A stretch of DNA of 64,000 nucleotides from an uncultured bacterium (lineage in GTDB: Bacteria > Verrucomicrobiota > Kiritimatiellia > PWTM01). Shown here one piece after another: positions 45,089 to 55,197 of the stretch. The notes under the pieces are model-generated. The model worked only from the letters and a program-made list of their open reading frames with translations. It did no database searches and was not told the DNA's origin. The first letter of the stretch is position 1, and each line of letters starts with the position of its first letter. Location: contig CAVUUJ010000001.1 of assembly GCA_963744655.1 (NCBI GenBank), positions 527,835-591,834 of the forward strand, in the 5' to 3' direction. A program made the translations under genes and the position numbers.

Positions 45089-47455
45089 TCAAGGCCGCGC
45101 CCGCCCCGGGCGGCGGACCTTGAAGGCCAGGTCGCGGACCACGGGCGGGAGGGGGGCCCTCAGGTTGCCGTCCCGGGCCTCGGCCTGGACGGTCCCGGCC
45201 GGCCGGCCGTGCACCGTGTCCCAGAACTCGACCGTGTAGACGCCCTCGCCCAGACCCTCCACCACGAGTTCGAGCCCGGTTGCCGCGGGCGAGGCAGCGG
45301 GGTCCAGGTCCGCGAACCCGCCGGTCCGGTAAACCCACCCGCGCCCGCCGCGCGAGGGGCTGAGGGTGCACAGCGCCTGCCACCCGCCGCTCCCGGCCGG
45401 TTCGACCGAGGCGCGCCGCGGGACGGCCTCCGCGTCGCGCGGGTCCTCGCCCTCCATGAAGCGAGCGAAGGCGGCGAAACGCGGGTAGAAGTTCTCCTCC
45501 TCGATCAGTTTCCACCACCAGAACAGCGGCGTGCCGGCCACCGGCACCGCCGCGGAGCCCCACAGCGCCGCGTGCAACGCCAGGCCCAGGTGCTCCAGGC
45601 CCTGGTTCGCCCGCGGGCTGCCCCCGAACTCGGTCACGATCACCGGTTTCCCGAACGGGTTGTTGTACGCCGCGGTGAGACGGAGGAGTTCGACGATGTG
45701 CAGCGGGTCGCTGCTGCCGTAGTAGGCGTCGATCGGCGCGTAGTCCAGCTCCGGCAGGCGCAGGAGCGGCTCGAACTGGTGGGTGTAGTCCCCGCACACG
45801 TGCGTGCCGACGAGGTGGTCGTTCGGGTCGATCTCCTTGACGAAGCGGGCCATCAGGCGGTGCCAGTCGACCACCTCGGGCCGCTTGTAGTTCGGCGGGT
45901 TCATGCCGCGCGAGCCCGTCAGGTCCAGCTCGCTCCACAGCTCCCACCCGAGGATGGCGGGGCTGTAGCCCCAGCGCGCCACGATGTAGCGGAGCAGCTT
46001 GCGGGACGCCACCAGGGCGCGCGGATCCGTGAAGTACTGCTCCGGCCTCGAGAGGTAGCCGCCCATCGCGGTGTTGAACGGGTTGCCGGCCCACTCGCTG
46101 TCGGACCAGTCGCTGAACTTGCCGTGGTTGTGGATCACCAGGTGGATCGCGATCCCCCGCTGCTCGGCCGTGGCAAGCACCTCGTCGAGCTCCCACGCGT
46201 GGAACAGGTTGTACTGCCCCACCCCGTGGTAACCGAACCACGCCTCGGACCATTCCAGCCCGAGCGACCACGCGGCCATCCACACCTCGGCGGTATTCTC
46301 GCCGTGCACGGCCATCTGCCGCAGGATGTCCGCGTACCCGCCCTTGCCGCGGGGCGGGCGCTCCTGCCAGGGAAACTGCTCGTCGTAGCGCACGTCGCGC
46401 AGGGTGTGCGTGTTGTGTCCGACCGGAAAGAACGGGCTGCCGTCGTCACGCTCGAAGTACCGCGGATCGCGCGCCGAGACCCGCACGAAGCCGGGGGCGT
46501 CCGACGGCTCCGCGACGAAGGAGCCCGGGCCCCACGAGGTCTTGCCCCGGGGGTCGCGCGCCTCGAGCGCGAACCGGTAGACGCCGGGCACCGTCGGCGT
46601 GAAGCGCACCTTCCAGTGCCCCGCGCCCTGCGGCGCCAGGCGTTCGCCTGCCGCGTCGGACAGGCGGTAGTAGTCCTGGCTGTAGAACCCGCCCACGAAG
46701 GCGGCCACGCCGTCCGGGCCGGCGATCCTGGCGCCCACGGTGATCTTCGACGTGTCGAACGGGTTGGGGTAGCGGTCCGGCAGCTCGAAACGCACCTCGA
46801 ACCGCTCGAAGCACCGCACCCGCTCCGCCGACACGCTCACGCGGCGGATCGCCGGCGGCGACGGGTCCGGCCGCCGCGCGTGACCGCGCGCGCGGCCGAA
46901 GGTACACAGGCCCGCGTACCGCCGGTCGGAGAAGAGGCGGACCGACAGGCCCCGCGGTTTCATCAGCGTGCGCAGCTGCCAGGCGCCCCGGTGTCCCGAG
47001 GGCTCCCACCCCTCCGCCCCCGGCCGCAGATCGACCGCGAAGCGCTTCCACCGGCCCGGCTCCGGCCGGTCCGGCAGCAGGTGCTGGAACCAGTACCCGT
47101 CCGCGTCCGTCATGTGGACGAGGACCTGTGCGTCCGCCGGGGCGTCCTCCGGCCACAGCACCTGGAACTCGAACGACCCCAGCGCCTGCCAGCCGCCCTC
47201 GGGCGCGAGCAGGTCGGCCGTTGCGCTTCCCGGGAAGGAGACCGCAAGCTGTGCCTCCTCGCCCGCCTTGCCCGCGGGACGCCGCGCCTCGACGGCGATG
47301 GGCCGGCCGGCCGGCGCGGCCTCCTGCGCCCCGGCCCGGCCCGCCCACGGCCCGCAGGCCAGGAGGGCCGCCGCGGGGCCGAGCAGGCCGAGCAGGACGC
47401 GGGAGCGTTTCCGCCCGCCGGGCCGCGCCCCCCGCGCCGTGCCGCCGTGTTTCAT
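45089..47455 (-). CDS. Secreted clan GH-A (GH5-like) glycoside hydrolase with N-terminal beta-sandwich (DUF5060-like) modules
   Basis: 788 aa. Signal/lipobox ..LLGPAAALLACG. The (beta/alpha)8 hallmarks are ILGWELWSELD (acid/base E) and PVIVTEFGG (nucleophile E). Confidence 0.8.
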   Translation of the reverse strand: MKHGGTARGARPGGRKRSRVLLGLLGPAAALLACGPWAGRAGAQEAAPAGRPIAVEARRPAGKAGEEAQLAVSFPGSATADLLAPEGGWQALGSFEFQVLWPEDAPADAQVLVHMTDADGYWFQHLLPDRPEPGRWKRFAVDLRPGAEGWEPSGHRGAWQLRTLMKPRGLSVRLFSDRRYAGLCTFGRARGHARRPDPSPPAIRRVSVSAERVRCFERFEVRFELPDRYPNPFDTSKITVGARIAGPDGVAAFVGGFYSQDYYRLSDAAGERLAPQGAGHWKVRFTPTVPGVYRFALEARDPRGKTSWGPGSFVAEPSDAPGFVRVSARDPRYFERDDGSPFFPVGHNTHTLRDVRYDEQFPWQERPPRGKGGYADILRQMAVHGENTAEVWMAAWSLGLEWSEAWFGYHGVGQYNLFHAWELDEVLATAEQRGIAIHLVIHNHGKFSDWSDSEWAGNPFNTAMGGYLSRPEQYFTDPRALVASRKLLRYIVARWGYSPAILGWELWSELDLTGSRGMNPPNYKRPEVVDWHRLMARFVKEIDPNDHLVGTHVCGDYTHQFEPLLRLPELDYAPIDAYYGSSDPLHIVELLRLTAAYNNPFGKPVIVTEFGGSPRANQGLEHLGLALHAALWGSAAVPVAGTPLFWWWKLIEEENFYPRFAAFARFMEGEDPRDAEAVPRRASVEPAGSGGWQALCTLSPSRGGRGWVYRTGGFADLDPAASPAATGLELVVEGLGEGVYTVEFWDTVHGRPAGTVQAEARDGNLRAPLPPVVRDLAFKVRRPGRARP

Positions 47456-47503
47456 GAGCGCATCGTATGGGAACGCACGGTTCTCCGCAACGGCCGCCGG
47501 GGC

Positions 47504-48301
47504 TCACGCCGGCCCGCCGGCCCCCGGGACGGCGTCGCGGTGAACGAACCGTCCGAGTGTGAGGTCGTACAGCCGCACGATCCACCGGAACGGCGAGTAG
47601 ACCAGCCGCAGGCGCGCGAGCGCCACGAACATCTCCAGCGAGGCCCGGCCGATGTTCAGCCGGGAACCCGCCACGTCGTGCCATTCCGTGGGCCGCTCCA
47701 CGATGCGGTACCCCGCGCGGCGCAACTGGAAGAGCAGGTCCACGTCAAACGCCCACCGCGTGATGCCCAGCCGCGGGAGGACCGCCGCCGCCGCCTCGCC
47801 GCGCAGCACCTTGGCCCCGCACTGCGTGTCGGTGAGCCGCAGGCCGAACAGCAGCCGCACCAGGCCGTTGAACACGCGCGAAGCCGCCCGGCGCGCCCAC
47901 GGCTGGCGCGGCGAAACGCGGGAAGCCGGCAGCCAGCGCGAGGCGATGACCGCGTCCGCGTCGCCCAGGGCGTCCACCAGCTCCTGCAGCGCGCGGGGCG
48001 GCGTCGACCCGTCCGCGTCGACGAAGCCGACCGCGGCCCCGCGCGCGGCCGCCAGGCCGAGCATGACGGCCCCGCCCTTCCCGATGCGCGCCGGCTCGAC
48101 CAGCACCCGGACGGGGCTCCCTTCGCCCGCGTAGCGCCGCACCACCGACTCGGTGCCGTCGGTCGTGCCGTTGATGACCACGAGGAGTTCCGCGCCCGCC
48201 CCGTAGCGTTCGCGCAGAAACGGCACGTAGGCGTCAAGGAGCGCCGCGATGCGTTGCTCCTCGTTGTACGCCGGCACGACGATGGACAGCTGCAAGGACA
48301 C
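47504..48301 (-). CDS. GT2 polyprenyl/dolichyl-phosphate hexosyltransferase-like glycosyltransferase
   Basis: GTG 48301 preceded by GGGGAGG. Motifs LSIVVPAYNEEQRI, VGFVDADGST and DTQCGAKV. Confidence 0.85.
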   Translation of the reverse strand: MSLQLSIVVPAYNEEQRIAALLDAYVPFLRERYGAGAELLVVINGTTDGTESVVRRYAGEGSPVRVLVEPARIGKGGAVMLGLAAARGAAVGFVDADGSTPPRALQELVDALGDADAVIASRWLPASRVSPRQPWARRAASRVFNGLVRLLFGLRLTDTQCGAKVLRGEAAAAVLPRLGITRWAFDVDLLFQLRRAGYRIVERPTEWHDVAGSRLNIGRASLEMFVALARLRLVYSPFRWIVRLYDLTLGRFVHRDAVPGAGGPA

Positions 48302-48396
48302 GAGACCTCCCCTGCCGGCGAGCGTGATACGCGATTATCCGCCGGCACTCAAGGCCCGCGGCGCGCACCCGGCCGCGCGGCGGCGCCCGGTGCGCC

Positions 48397-48425
48397 TTGC
48401 GCTCCGCCGCGAGCCGCTCCATAGT
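48397..48425 (+). promoter_or_regulatory. Candidate promoter TTGCGC-N17-CATAGT upstream of the RND gene
   Basis: TTGCGC at 48397-48402 and CATAGT at 48420-48425. The same -35 hexamer appears in the rpmE candidate. Confidence 0.25.
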
Positions 48426-48546
48426 ACCGCGCCTCCGGGCAGGAGCGCGCAACGCCCTGCCGGGACAGGCCCCCGGCCGGGCGCGGCCGGGCGCGGCGGA
48501 TACGACTCGGGGCGGCCGGTACCGGCTTTGCCCCGCGGAGCGAGGC

Positions 48547-51500
48547 ATGACGGACAGCACGTTGAATCGCGGGCCGATCGCCTGGATGGCGCGGAACGCC
48601 GTCGCGGCCAACCTGCTCATGCTCATGCTCATGGTCGGCGGCCTCCTCACCCTGCCGCGCATCCAGCAGGAGGTCTTCCCCTCGCTCGATCTCGACGTCG
48701 TCACCGTGTCGGTCGTCTACCCCGGCGCGACGCCGGAGGAGATCGAGAAGAGCATCGCCCGCGCGGTGGAGGAGTCCATCACGGGACTCGACGGCGTCAA
48801 GCGCGTCACCTCCGTCTCCCGCGAAGGGTCCGTCACCGTCAGCGCGGAGCTGCTGCTCGGGGCGAACGCCAACCTCGCCCTCCAGGACATCCGCAACGCG
48901 GTCGACCGGCTGACGACCCTGCCCGAGGAGGCCGAGCGCCCCCTGGTCAGCCTCCTGCAGCGAAGCCGGGCCGTGATCTCCCTGCTGCTGTACGGCGAGG
49001 TCGGCGAGCGCACCCTCGGCGAACTCGCGGACCGGGCGCGGGACGAGCTGACGCAGGACCCGGACATCACGCTGGTGGAAATCGAGGGCACGCGGCCGCT
49101 GGAGATCGGCATCGAGGTCCCGCGCGAGGCGCTCCGGGCCCACGGCCTCACGCTGGCCCGCGTCGCCGAGGAAGTCGGCCGCGCCACGGTCGATCTCGCG
49201 GGCGGCGGGGTCAAGACCGGGTCCGGCGAGATCCTCCTGCGCACCGACGAGCGGCGGGACTTCGGCTCGGAGTTCCGCGACCTGCCGATCCTCAGCGCGG
49301 CCGACGGCACGACCGTTCCCCTGGGCCGACATCGCGCGCATCCGCGACGGCTTCTCCGACACGGACCTCGCCATGTACTACAACGGCCGCCGCGCCGTGA
49401 AGCTCACCGTCTACCGGGTAGGCAGCGAGACCCCGCTCAGGGTGTCCCGGGCCGTGCGGGCTTACGCCGGGCGGCTCCGCGCGCGCCTTCCCGAGGGCGT
49501 GGGCGTGGACACCGCCGAGGACCGTTCCGAGGTGTACGGCGACCGCCTGCGGCTCCTGCTGCGGAACGCGGCCTTCGGCCTCGGACTGGTCATGCTCGTG
49601 CTCGGCCTCTTCCTCGAGGTGCGCCTCGCCTTCTGGGTCATGCTGGGCATCCCGATCTCGTTCCTCGGGTGCCTCATCCTGCTCCCCTACCTCGACGTCT
49701 CCATCAACATGATCTCGCTCTTCGCGTTCATCGTGTCGCTGGGCATCGTCGTCGACGACGCCATCGTCGTCGGCGAGAGCATCTACCACCTGCGCCAGCA
49801 GGGATGCGGCTTCGTGGAGGCGGCCGTCCGGGGCACCCGCCAGATCATGCGTGCCCGTGGTGTTCGCGATCCTGACCAACATCGTGACGTTCCTGCCGAT
49901 GCTCTTCGTGCCCGGGGTCATGGGGCAGCTGTGGCGGAACATCCCGCTGATCATCGTGGCCGTGTTCAGCATCTCCATGGTCGAGGCGCTCTTCATCCTG
50001 CCGTCCCACCTCGCCCACCAGCGCCCGAGGGTCGAGGGCCCCGTCTGGCGGCTGCTCGAGTACCCGCAGCGGCGTTTCAGCCGCGGCCTGGAGCGGTTCA
50101 TCGAGCGCCGCTACCGGCCCTTTCTCGCCGGGTCGCTGAACTACCGCTACCTGATCGCCGCCGTCGGGATCGCGGTGCTCGCGCTCTCCGTGGGCTTCGT
50201 CCGCGGCCGACTGCGCTTCTACTTCTTCCCCAACGTGGAGAGCGACACCGTGCGGGCCTCCGCCGCGCTGCCCTACGGGGTCCCGGTCGCCGAGACCGAG
50301 GCGGTCATGCGCCGCCTCCTCGGGGCCGCGCGCGACGTGCTGTCCGAGCACGGCGGCGACGCCATCACCCGGGGCGCGCTCTCGCAGGTGGGCGGCGGGG
50401 ACGGGGGGCTCGGCGGCCACCTCGCCACGGTCACGGTGTTCCTCGTGCCCTCCGACCAGCGCCCCCTGAGCGCCGAGGCGTTCACACGGCTCTGGCGGCA
50501 GCGCACGGGGAACGTGCCCGGCCTCGAATCGCTCAGTTTCCGCTTCACCATCGGCCCCAGCCGGTCCCGCCCCGTGGACATCGAGATCAGCCATCCCGAC
50601 CCCGCCACCGCCGAGTCGCTCGCGGCCCGCCTCGCCGGGGAATTGACGCGCATCGAGGGCGTGGTCGAGGTCGACGACGGCGTCGCGCACGGCAAGCCGC
50701 AGTGGGCCTTCCGCCTGAAGCCCGCCGCGCGCAGCCTCGGGCTCACCGGCGCCGACCTCGCCCGGCAGGTGCGCCACGCGTTCTACGGCGCCGAGGTCCG
50801 CCGCCAGCAGCGCGGCCGCGACGAGGTGAAGATCCTCGTGCGGCTGCCCGAGGAGGAGCGCCGGTCCGAGTACGACGTCGAGCAACTCGTGCTGCGCACC
50901 CCCGCCGGGGGCGACCTCCCGCTCGGCCAGGCCGCCTCCATCGAGCGCACGCGCGCCTACGACGTCATCGAGCGGGGCGACGCCCGGCGCATCCTGCACG
51001 TGACCGCCGACGTCGTCCCCGGCGTCACGAGCGGCGGCGAGGTGCTCGGCGCGCTGGACGACGGCCTTCTCGCCGACCTCCGGCGCCGGTACCCCGACGC
51101 GGGGTTCGTCTTCGGCGGGCAGCGGCGCGACATGATCGAGGCCATGGCCGGGCTCGGGCGGGGGTTCGGGCTCGCGCTGTTCATCATCTTCGCGATGATC
51201 GCCGTGCCGTTCCGCAGCTACGCGCAGGCGCTCGTCGTCATGCTGGCGATCCCCTTCGGCATCGTCGGGGCGGTGGCCGGCCACCTCATCATGGGCTACG
51301 AGATGAGCTTCGTCAGCATGATGGGCGTCGTGGCGCTCTGCGGGGTGGTGGTGAACGACAACCTGATCCTGATCGACACGGCCAACGGGATGATGCGCGA
51401 GGGGCACACCCTGCGCGAGGTCATGGTCCTGGCCCCCGCCCGGCGGCTGCGCCCGATCCTGCTCACCTCGCTCACCACCTTCTTCGGGCTGGCCCCCATC

Positions 51501-51695
51501 ATCTTCGAGCGCTCCGTCCAGGCGAAGTTCCTGATCCCCATGGCCATCTCGCTCGGCTTCGGCATCGTCTTCTCCACCGCCATCGCCCTGCTGCTGGTCC
51601 CCTCCATCATGATCATCATCGACGACGCCCGCCGCGGCATCGCCGGGCTCCGCGCGTTCCTCCGGCCGCCCCGCCCCGGCGCCCCCGCCGCCTGA
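48547..51695 (+). pseudogene. RND (AcrB/AcrD/AcrF-family) inner-membrane efflux transporter, two +1 insertions as assembled
   Basis: ATG 48547 (MTDSTLNRGPIAWMARNAVAANLLML). Three track ORFs join at about 49326 (..TVPLG/DIARIRDGFSD..; extra C in ggcc) and about 49850 (..TRQIM/VPVVFAILTN..; extra c). 3149-2=3147 nt gives 1048 aa plus the stop codon. Typical 12-TM architecture with two porter domains. Confidence 0.88.
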
Positions 51696-51729
51696 CCCGC
51701 GCGCGGCCGGCCACGGGGGACCGCGGCGC

Positions 51730-51758
51730 TTCACCCGGCGGCGGCGGCGGTGTAGAGT
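51730..51758 (+). promoter_or_regulatory. Candidate promoter TTCACC-N17-TAGAGT placed for a leaderless transcript of the lplT-plsC-aas fusion
   Basis: TAGAGT at 51753-51758 ends 6 nt before ATG 51765. No Shine-Dalgarno is visible upstream of the ATG. Confidence 0.3.
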
Positions 51759-51764
51759 GCGCGC

Positions 51765-54700
51765 ATGACGCGCGAGCCACGCCTTCCCGCCTCGTTCCAG
51801 TGGCTCAACGCGACCCAGTTCCTGGGCGCGTTGAACGACAACGCCTTCAAGCTGCTGGTCTCCTTCGCGCTCATTCGCGCGTACGGCGCGGAGCGCAGCA
51901 GCACGGTCGTCGGCATCGCGGGCATGCTCTTCGCCGTGCCGTTCCTGCTGGTCACGCCGGCGGCCGGCGTCCTGGCCGACCGCCTGAGCAAGCGGACGAT
52001 CGTCGTCGCGGCCAAGTGGCTGGAGGTCCTCGTGATGGCCGTCGGCGTCGCGGTCTTCCTTTCGGGACGCGCCCCGCTGCTCTACGGCGTGCTGTTCCTC
52101 ATGGCCGCCCAGAGCGCCTTCTTCGGGCCCGCCAAGTACGGGATCATCCCCGAGCTGGTCGGCCGCGACCAGCTCTCGCGCGCCAACAGCCGCCTCGTCG
52201 CCATGAGCTACCTCGCGATCATCCTGGGCACCTTCGGCGCCCCGGTCGCCGTGAAGGCCCTCGGCGGCAGCGTGCAGGCGGCCTCGTGGGCCTGCATCGC
52301 CGTGGCCGCCGCCGGCACCTGGACCGCCCTGCGGGTCCGGCGCACGCCCCCCGCGGGCTCCACGCGGACGCCGTCGTGGTTCGTGTTCGCCGACGTCGCG
52401 CGGACGCTGCGGGCCGTCCGCGGCGACCGCTACCTCGTCCTCGCGCTGCTCGGCGCCGCCTACTTTTCGCTCGTCGGGGCCTTCCTCCAGCTCAACCTGA
52501 TTCCCTTCGGCATCCGCCACCTCGGGCTGAGCGAGGTCGACAGCGGCTTCCTCTTCCTCGGCGCCGCGGTCGGCATCGGCCTGGGCGCCACCGTTGCCGG
52601 CCGGCTCTCCGGCCGCAACGTCGAGTTCGGCGTCCTCCCGCTCGGTGCCCTCGCCCTGGCCGCGGCGACGCTCGCGATGGCCGGCGTCTCGCGCGTGCCC
52701 GCCGCCGCGGCCGCGATCCTCGCCGCCGGCCTCGGCGCCGGGCTCTACATCGTGCCGCTGGAGGCGTTCATCCAGTTCCGCTGCCCGCGCGACCGGCTCG
52801 GCGAGGTGCAGGCGGCCAACGGGTTCCTCGGCTGGATCGGCGTGCTCGCCGGCGCGGCGGCGCTGCTGCTCTTCGACCGGGTGCTGCACCTCACGCCCGC
52901 GCAGGGCTTCCTCGCCGTGGGCGGGCTTACGCTCGTGCTCGTCGCCGTCGCGCTCGCCGTGCTGCCCGACTTCGTGGTGCGCTTCGCCGCGGTGATCATG
53001 ACGCGGACGATCTACCGGATCCGCGTCCTCGGCGCGGAGCACCTGCCGCTCGATGGCGGCGCGCTGCTCGTCGCCAACCACGTCTGCACCCTGGACGCCC
53101 TGCAACTGCTCGCGTGCCAGCAGCGCCGCATCCGCTTCGTCATGCACCGCCGCATCTACGAGCGGCACGTCCTGCGCCCGCTCTTCCGCCTGATGGGCGT
53201 CATCCCCATCGCGATGGACGATCCCCCGAAACGGATCGTCGCTTCCCTGCGGGCCGCGCGCCGCGCCCTGGACGACGGCTTCATGGTCTGCATCTTCGCC
53301 GAGGGCGCCCTGACGCGGACGGGCCTCCTGCGCGGGTTCAAGCCGGGCTTCGAGCGCATCGTGCGCGGCAGCCGCCATCCCGTCATCCCCGTCTACCTCG
53401 GCGGGACGTGGGGCAGCGTCTTCAGCCTTTTCTACCGCGACGGCCACGCGCGTCGCGCGGTCCGCGTCCCCTACCCCGTCACGGTCGTCTTCGGCGCCCC
53501 CCTGCCGCCCGGCGCCACGGCGCCCGAGGTCCGCCAGGCGGTGCAGGAGCTGTCCTGCGACGGCTTCGGCGACGACCGCCTGCGCGTGCCGCTCGGCCGC
53601 GCCTTCGTGGAGGCCGCGCGCCGCCACGGCGGCCGGACGGCCGCCTCCGACACGCTCGGGCGCCGCCTGACCTGCCGCGGACTGCTCGCCTCCGCCTGCG
53701 CCCTGGCCGACGTGCTGGCCGCCCGCACCCGCGGCGAACGGAGCGTGGGGGTCCTGCTGCCCCCCTCGGTGGGCGGCGCCCTCGCCAACCTGGCCCTCGC
53801 CCTGCTGCGCAAGACGTCGGTCAACCTGAACTTCACCGTGCCGCCCGCCGACCTCGACGCGGCCCTGCGCCAGGCGGAGGTCCGCACGGTCGTCACCTCC
53901 CGGGCCTTCCTCGAGCGCGTCGCCCCGGGCCGGGCGCTGCCCCGCGTCCTCTACCTCGAGGAACTCGCCGCGTCGCTCACGCCGCGCCGGCGCCTCCGCG
54001 CGCTGCTCCGCGCCCGTTTCGCGCCGGCGGGCCTGCTGGCGTCCGCCCGCGGCTTCTCGCCCGGCGAGACGGCCACGGTGATCTTCTCCTCGGGCACCAC
54101 CGGGACGCCCAAGGGCGTGCGGCTCACGCACCGCAACCTGCTGTCGAATGTCGAGGCCCTCGCCCGGGTCCTGCGCCCTCGCCGCGACGACGCGCTCGCC
54201 GCCACGCTCCCGCTCTTCCACGCCTTCGGGTACACCTGCGGCATCTGGCTGCCGGTCCTCTCGGGGCTGCGCGCGGCCTACCACCCCAACGCGCTCGACC
54301 CCGCGCGCATCGCGCGCATGGTCCGGGAGGAGCGGTGCACCGCGCTGTTCACGACGCCCACGTTCCTCCTCGGCCTGCTCCGGCGCGCCGCGCCGGAAGA
54401 CCTCGCCCCGCTGCGGCTGGTCGTCACCGGCGCCGAGAAGCTGGCGCGCGGCACGGCGGACGCGTTCGAGGCGCGGTTCGGCCTGCGGCCGCTGGAAGGC
54501 TACGGCGCCACGGAGCTCTCGCCGGTCGCCATGCTCGGCCTGCCGGACCGGGGGGAAGGCCCCCTCGGGCAGACGGGCCACCGGGAAGGCAGCGTCGGGC
54601 AGCCGCTGCCCGGGGTCGCCGTCCGCATCGTGGACCCCGATTCGGGCGCGCCGCTGCCCGCCGGCCGGGAGGGCCTCCTGCTCGTCCGCGGGCCGAACGT

Positions 54701-55163
54701 CATGGCCGGCTACCTCGGGCAGCCGGAAGCGACCCGCGCGGCCCTGCGGGACGGGTGGTACGTCACCGGCGACATCGCCCGCGTGGACGCGGACGGCTTC
54801 GTGTTCCTGTGCGACCGCCTCGCGCGCTTCAGCAAGATCGCCGGCGAGAGGGTGCCGCACCGCCACGTCGAGGAGGCCTGCTTCCCGGCGGCGGACCCGG
54901 CCGCGGACCCGGTCCTGGCCGTCACGGCCGTGCCCGACCCGCGCCGGGGCGAGCGGCTCGTCGTGCTGCACACGGAGGCGGCCGGCGACGCCGACGCCCT
55001 GCACGCCCGCGCGGCGGCCGCGGGCCTGCCGAACCTCTGGAAACCCGCCCGGGCCGACTACTACCGGGTGGACGCGATCCCCCTCACCGGGACGGGCAAG
55101 CTCGACGTGCGGGGCCTGCGCGAACTCGCCGTGCGGCTCGCGGGCGTCACCCCGCCCGCGTGA
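51765..55163 (+). CDS. aas: Tripartite LplT(MFS)-PlsC acyltransferase-Aas acyl-ACP synthetase fusion (lysophospholipid uptake and reacylation)
   Basis: 1132 aa. N-terminal MFS (QFLGALNDNAFKLL), HX4D acyltransferase box VANHVCTLDAL with FAEGALTRTG, and an AMP-binding domain (IFSSGTTGTPKGV, GYGATE, YVTGDIA). Confidence 0.9.
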   Translation: MTREPRLPASFQWLNATQFLGALNDNAFKLLVSFALIRAYGAERSSTVVGIAGMLFAVPFLLVTPAAGVLADRLSKRTIVVAAKWLEVLVMAVGVAVFLSGRAPLLYGVLFLMAAQSAFFGPAKYGIIPELVGRDQLSRANSRLVAMSYLAIILGTFGAPVAVKALGGSVQAASWACIAVAAAGTWTALRVRRTPPAGSTRTPSWFVFADVARTLRAVRGDRYLVLALLGAAYFSLVGAFLQLNLIPFGIRHLGLSEVDSGFLFLGAAVGIGLGATVAGRLSGRNVEFGVLPLGALALAAATLAMAGVSRVPAAAAAILAAGLGAGLYIVPLEAFIQFRCPRDRLGEVQAANGFLGWIGVLAGAAALLLFDRVLHLTPAQGFLAVGGLTLVLVAVALAVLPDFVVRFAAVIMTRTIYRIRVLGAEHLPLDGGALLVANHVCTLDALQLLACQQRRIRFVMHRRIYERHVLRPLFRLMGVIPIAMDDPPKRIVASLRAARRALDDGFMVCIFAEGALTRTGLLRGFKPGFERIVRGSRHPVIPVYLGGTWGSVFSLFYRDGHARRAVRVPYPVTVVFGAPLPPGATAPEVRQAVQELSCDGFGDDRLRVPLGRAFVEAARRHGGRTAASDTLGRRLTCRGLLASACALADVLAARTRGERSVGVLLPPSVGGALANLALALLRKTSVNLNFTVPPADLDAALRQAEVRTVVTSRAFLERVAPGRALPRVLYLEELAASLTPRRRLRALLRARFAPAGLLASARGFSPGETATVIFSSGTTGTPKGVRLTHRNLLSNVEALARVLRPRRDDALAATLPLFHAFGYTCGIWLPVLSGLRAAYHPNALDPARIARMVREERCTALFTTPTFLLGLLRRAAPEDLAPLRLVVTGAEKLARGTADAFEARFGLRPLEGYGATELSPVAMLGLPDRGEGPLGQTGHREGSVGQPLPGVAVRIVDPDSGAPLPAGREGLLLVRGPNVMAGYLGQPEATRAALRDGWYVTGDIARVDADGFVFLCDRLARFSKIAGERVPHRHVEEACFPAADPAADPVLAVTAVPDPRRGERLVVLHTEAAGDADALHARAAAAGLPNLWKPARADYYRVDAIPLTGTGKLDVRGLRELAVRLAGVTPPA

Positions 55164-55197
55164 CCCTCCCGCGCGCCGCGCCCGGCCGCCTCCGCGC

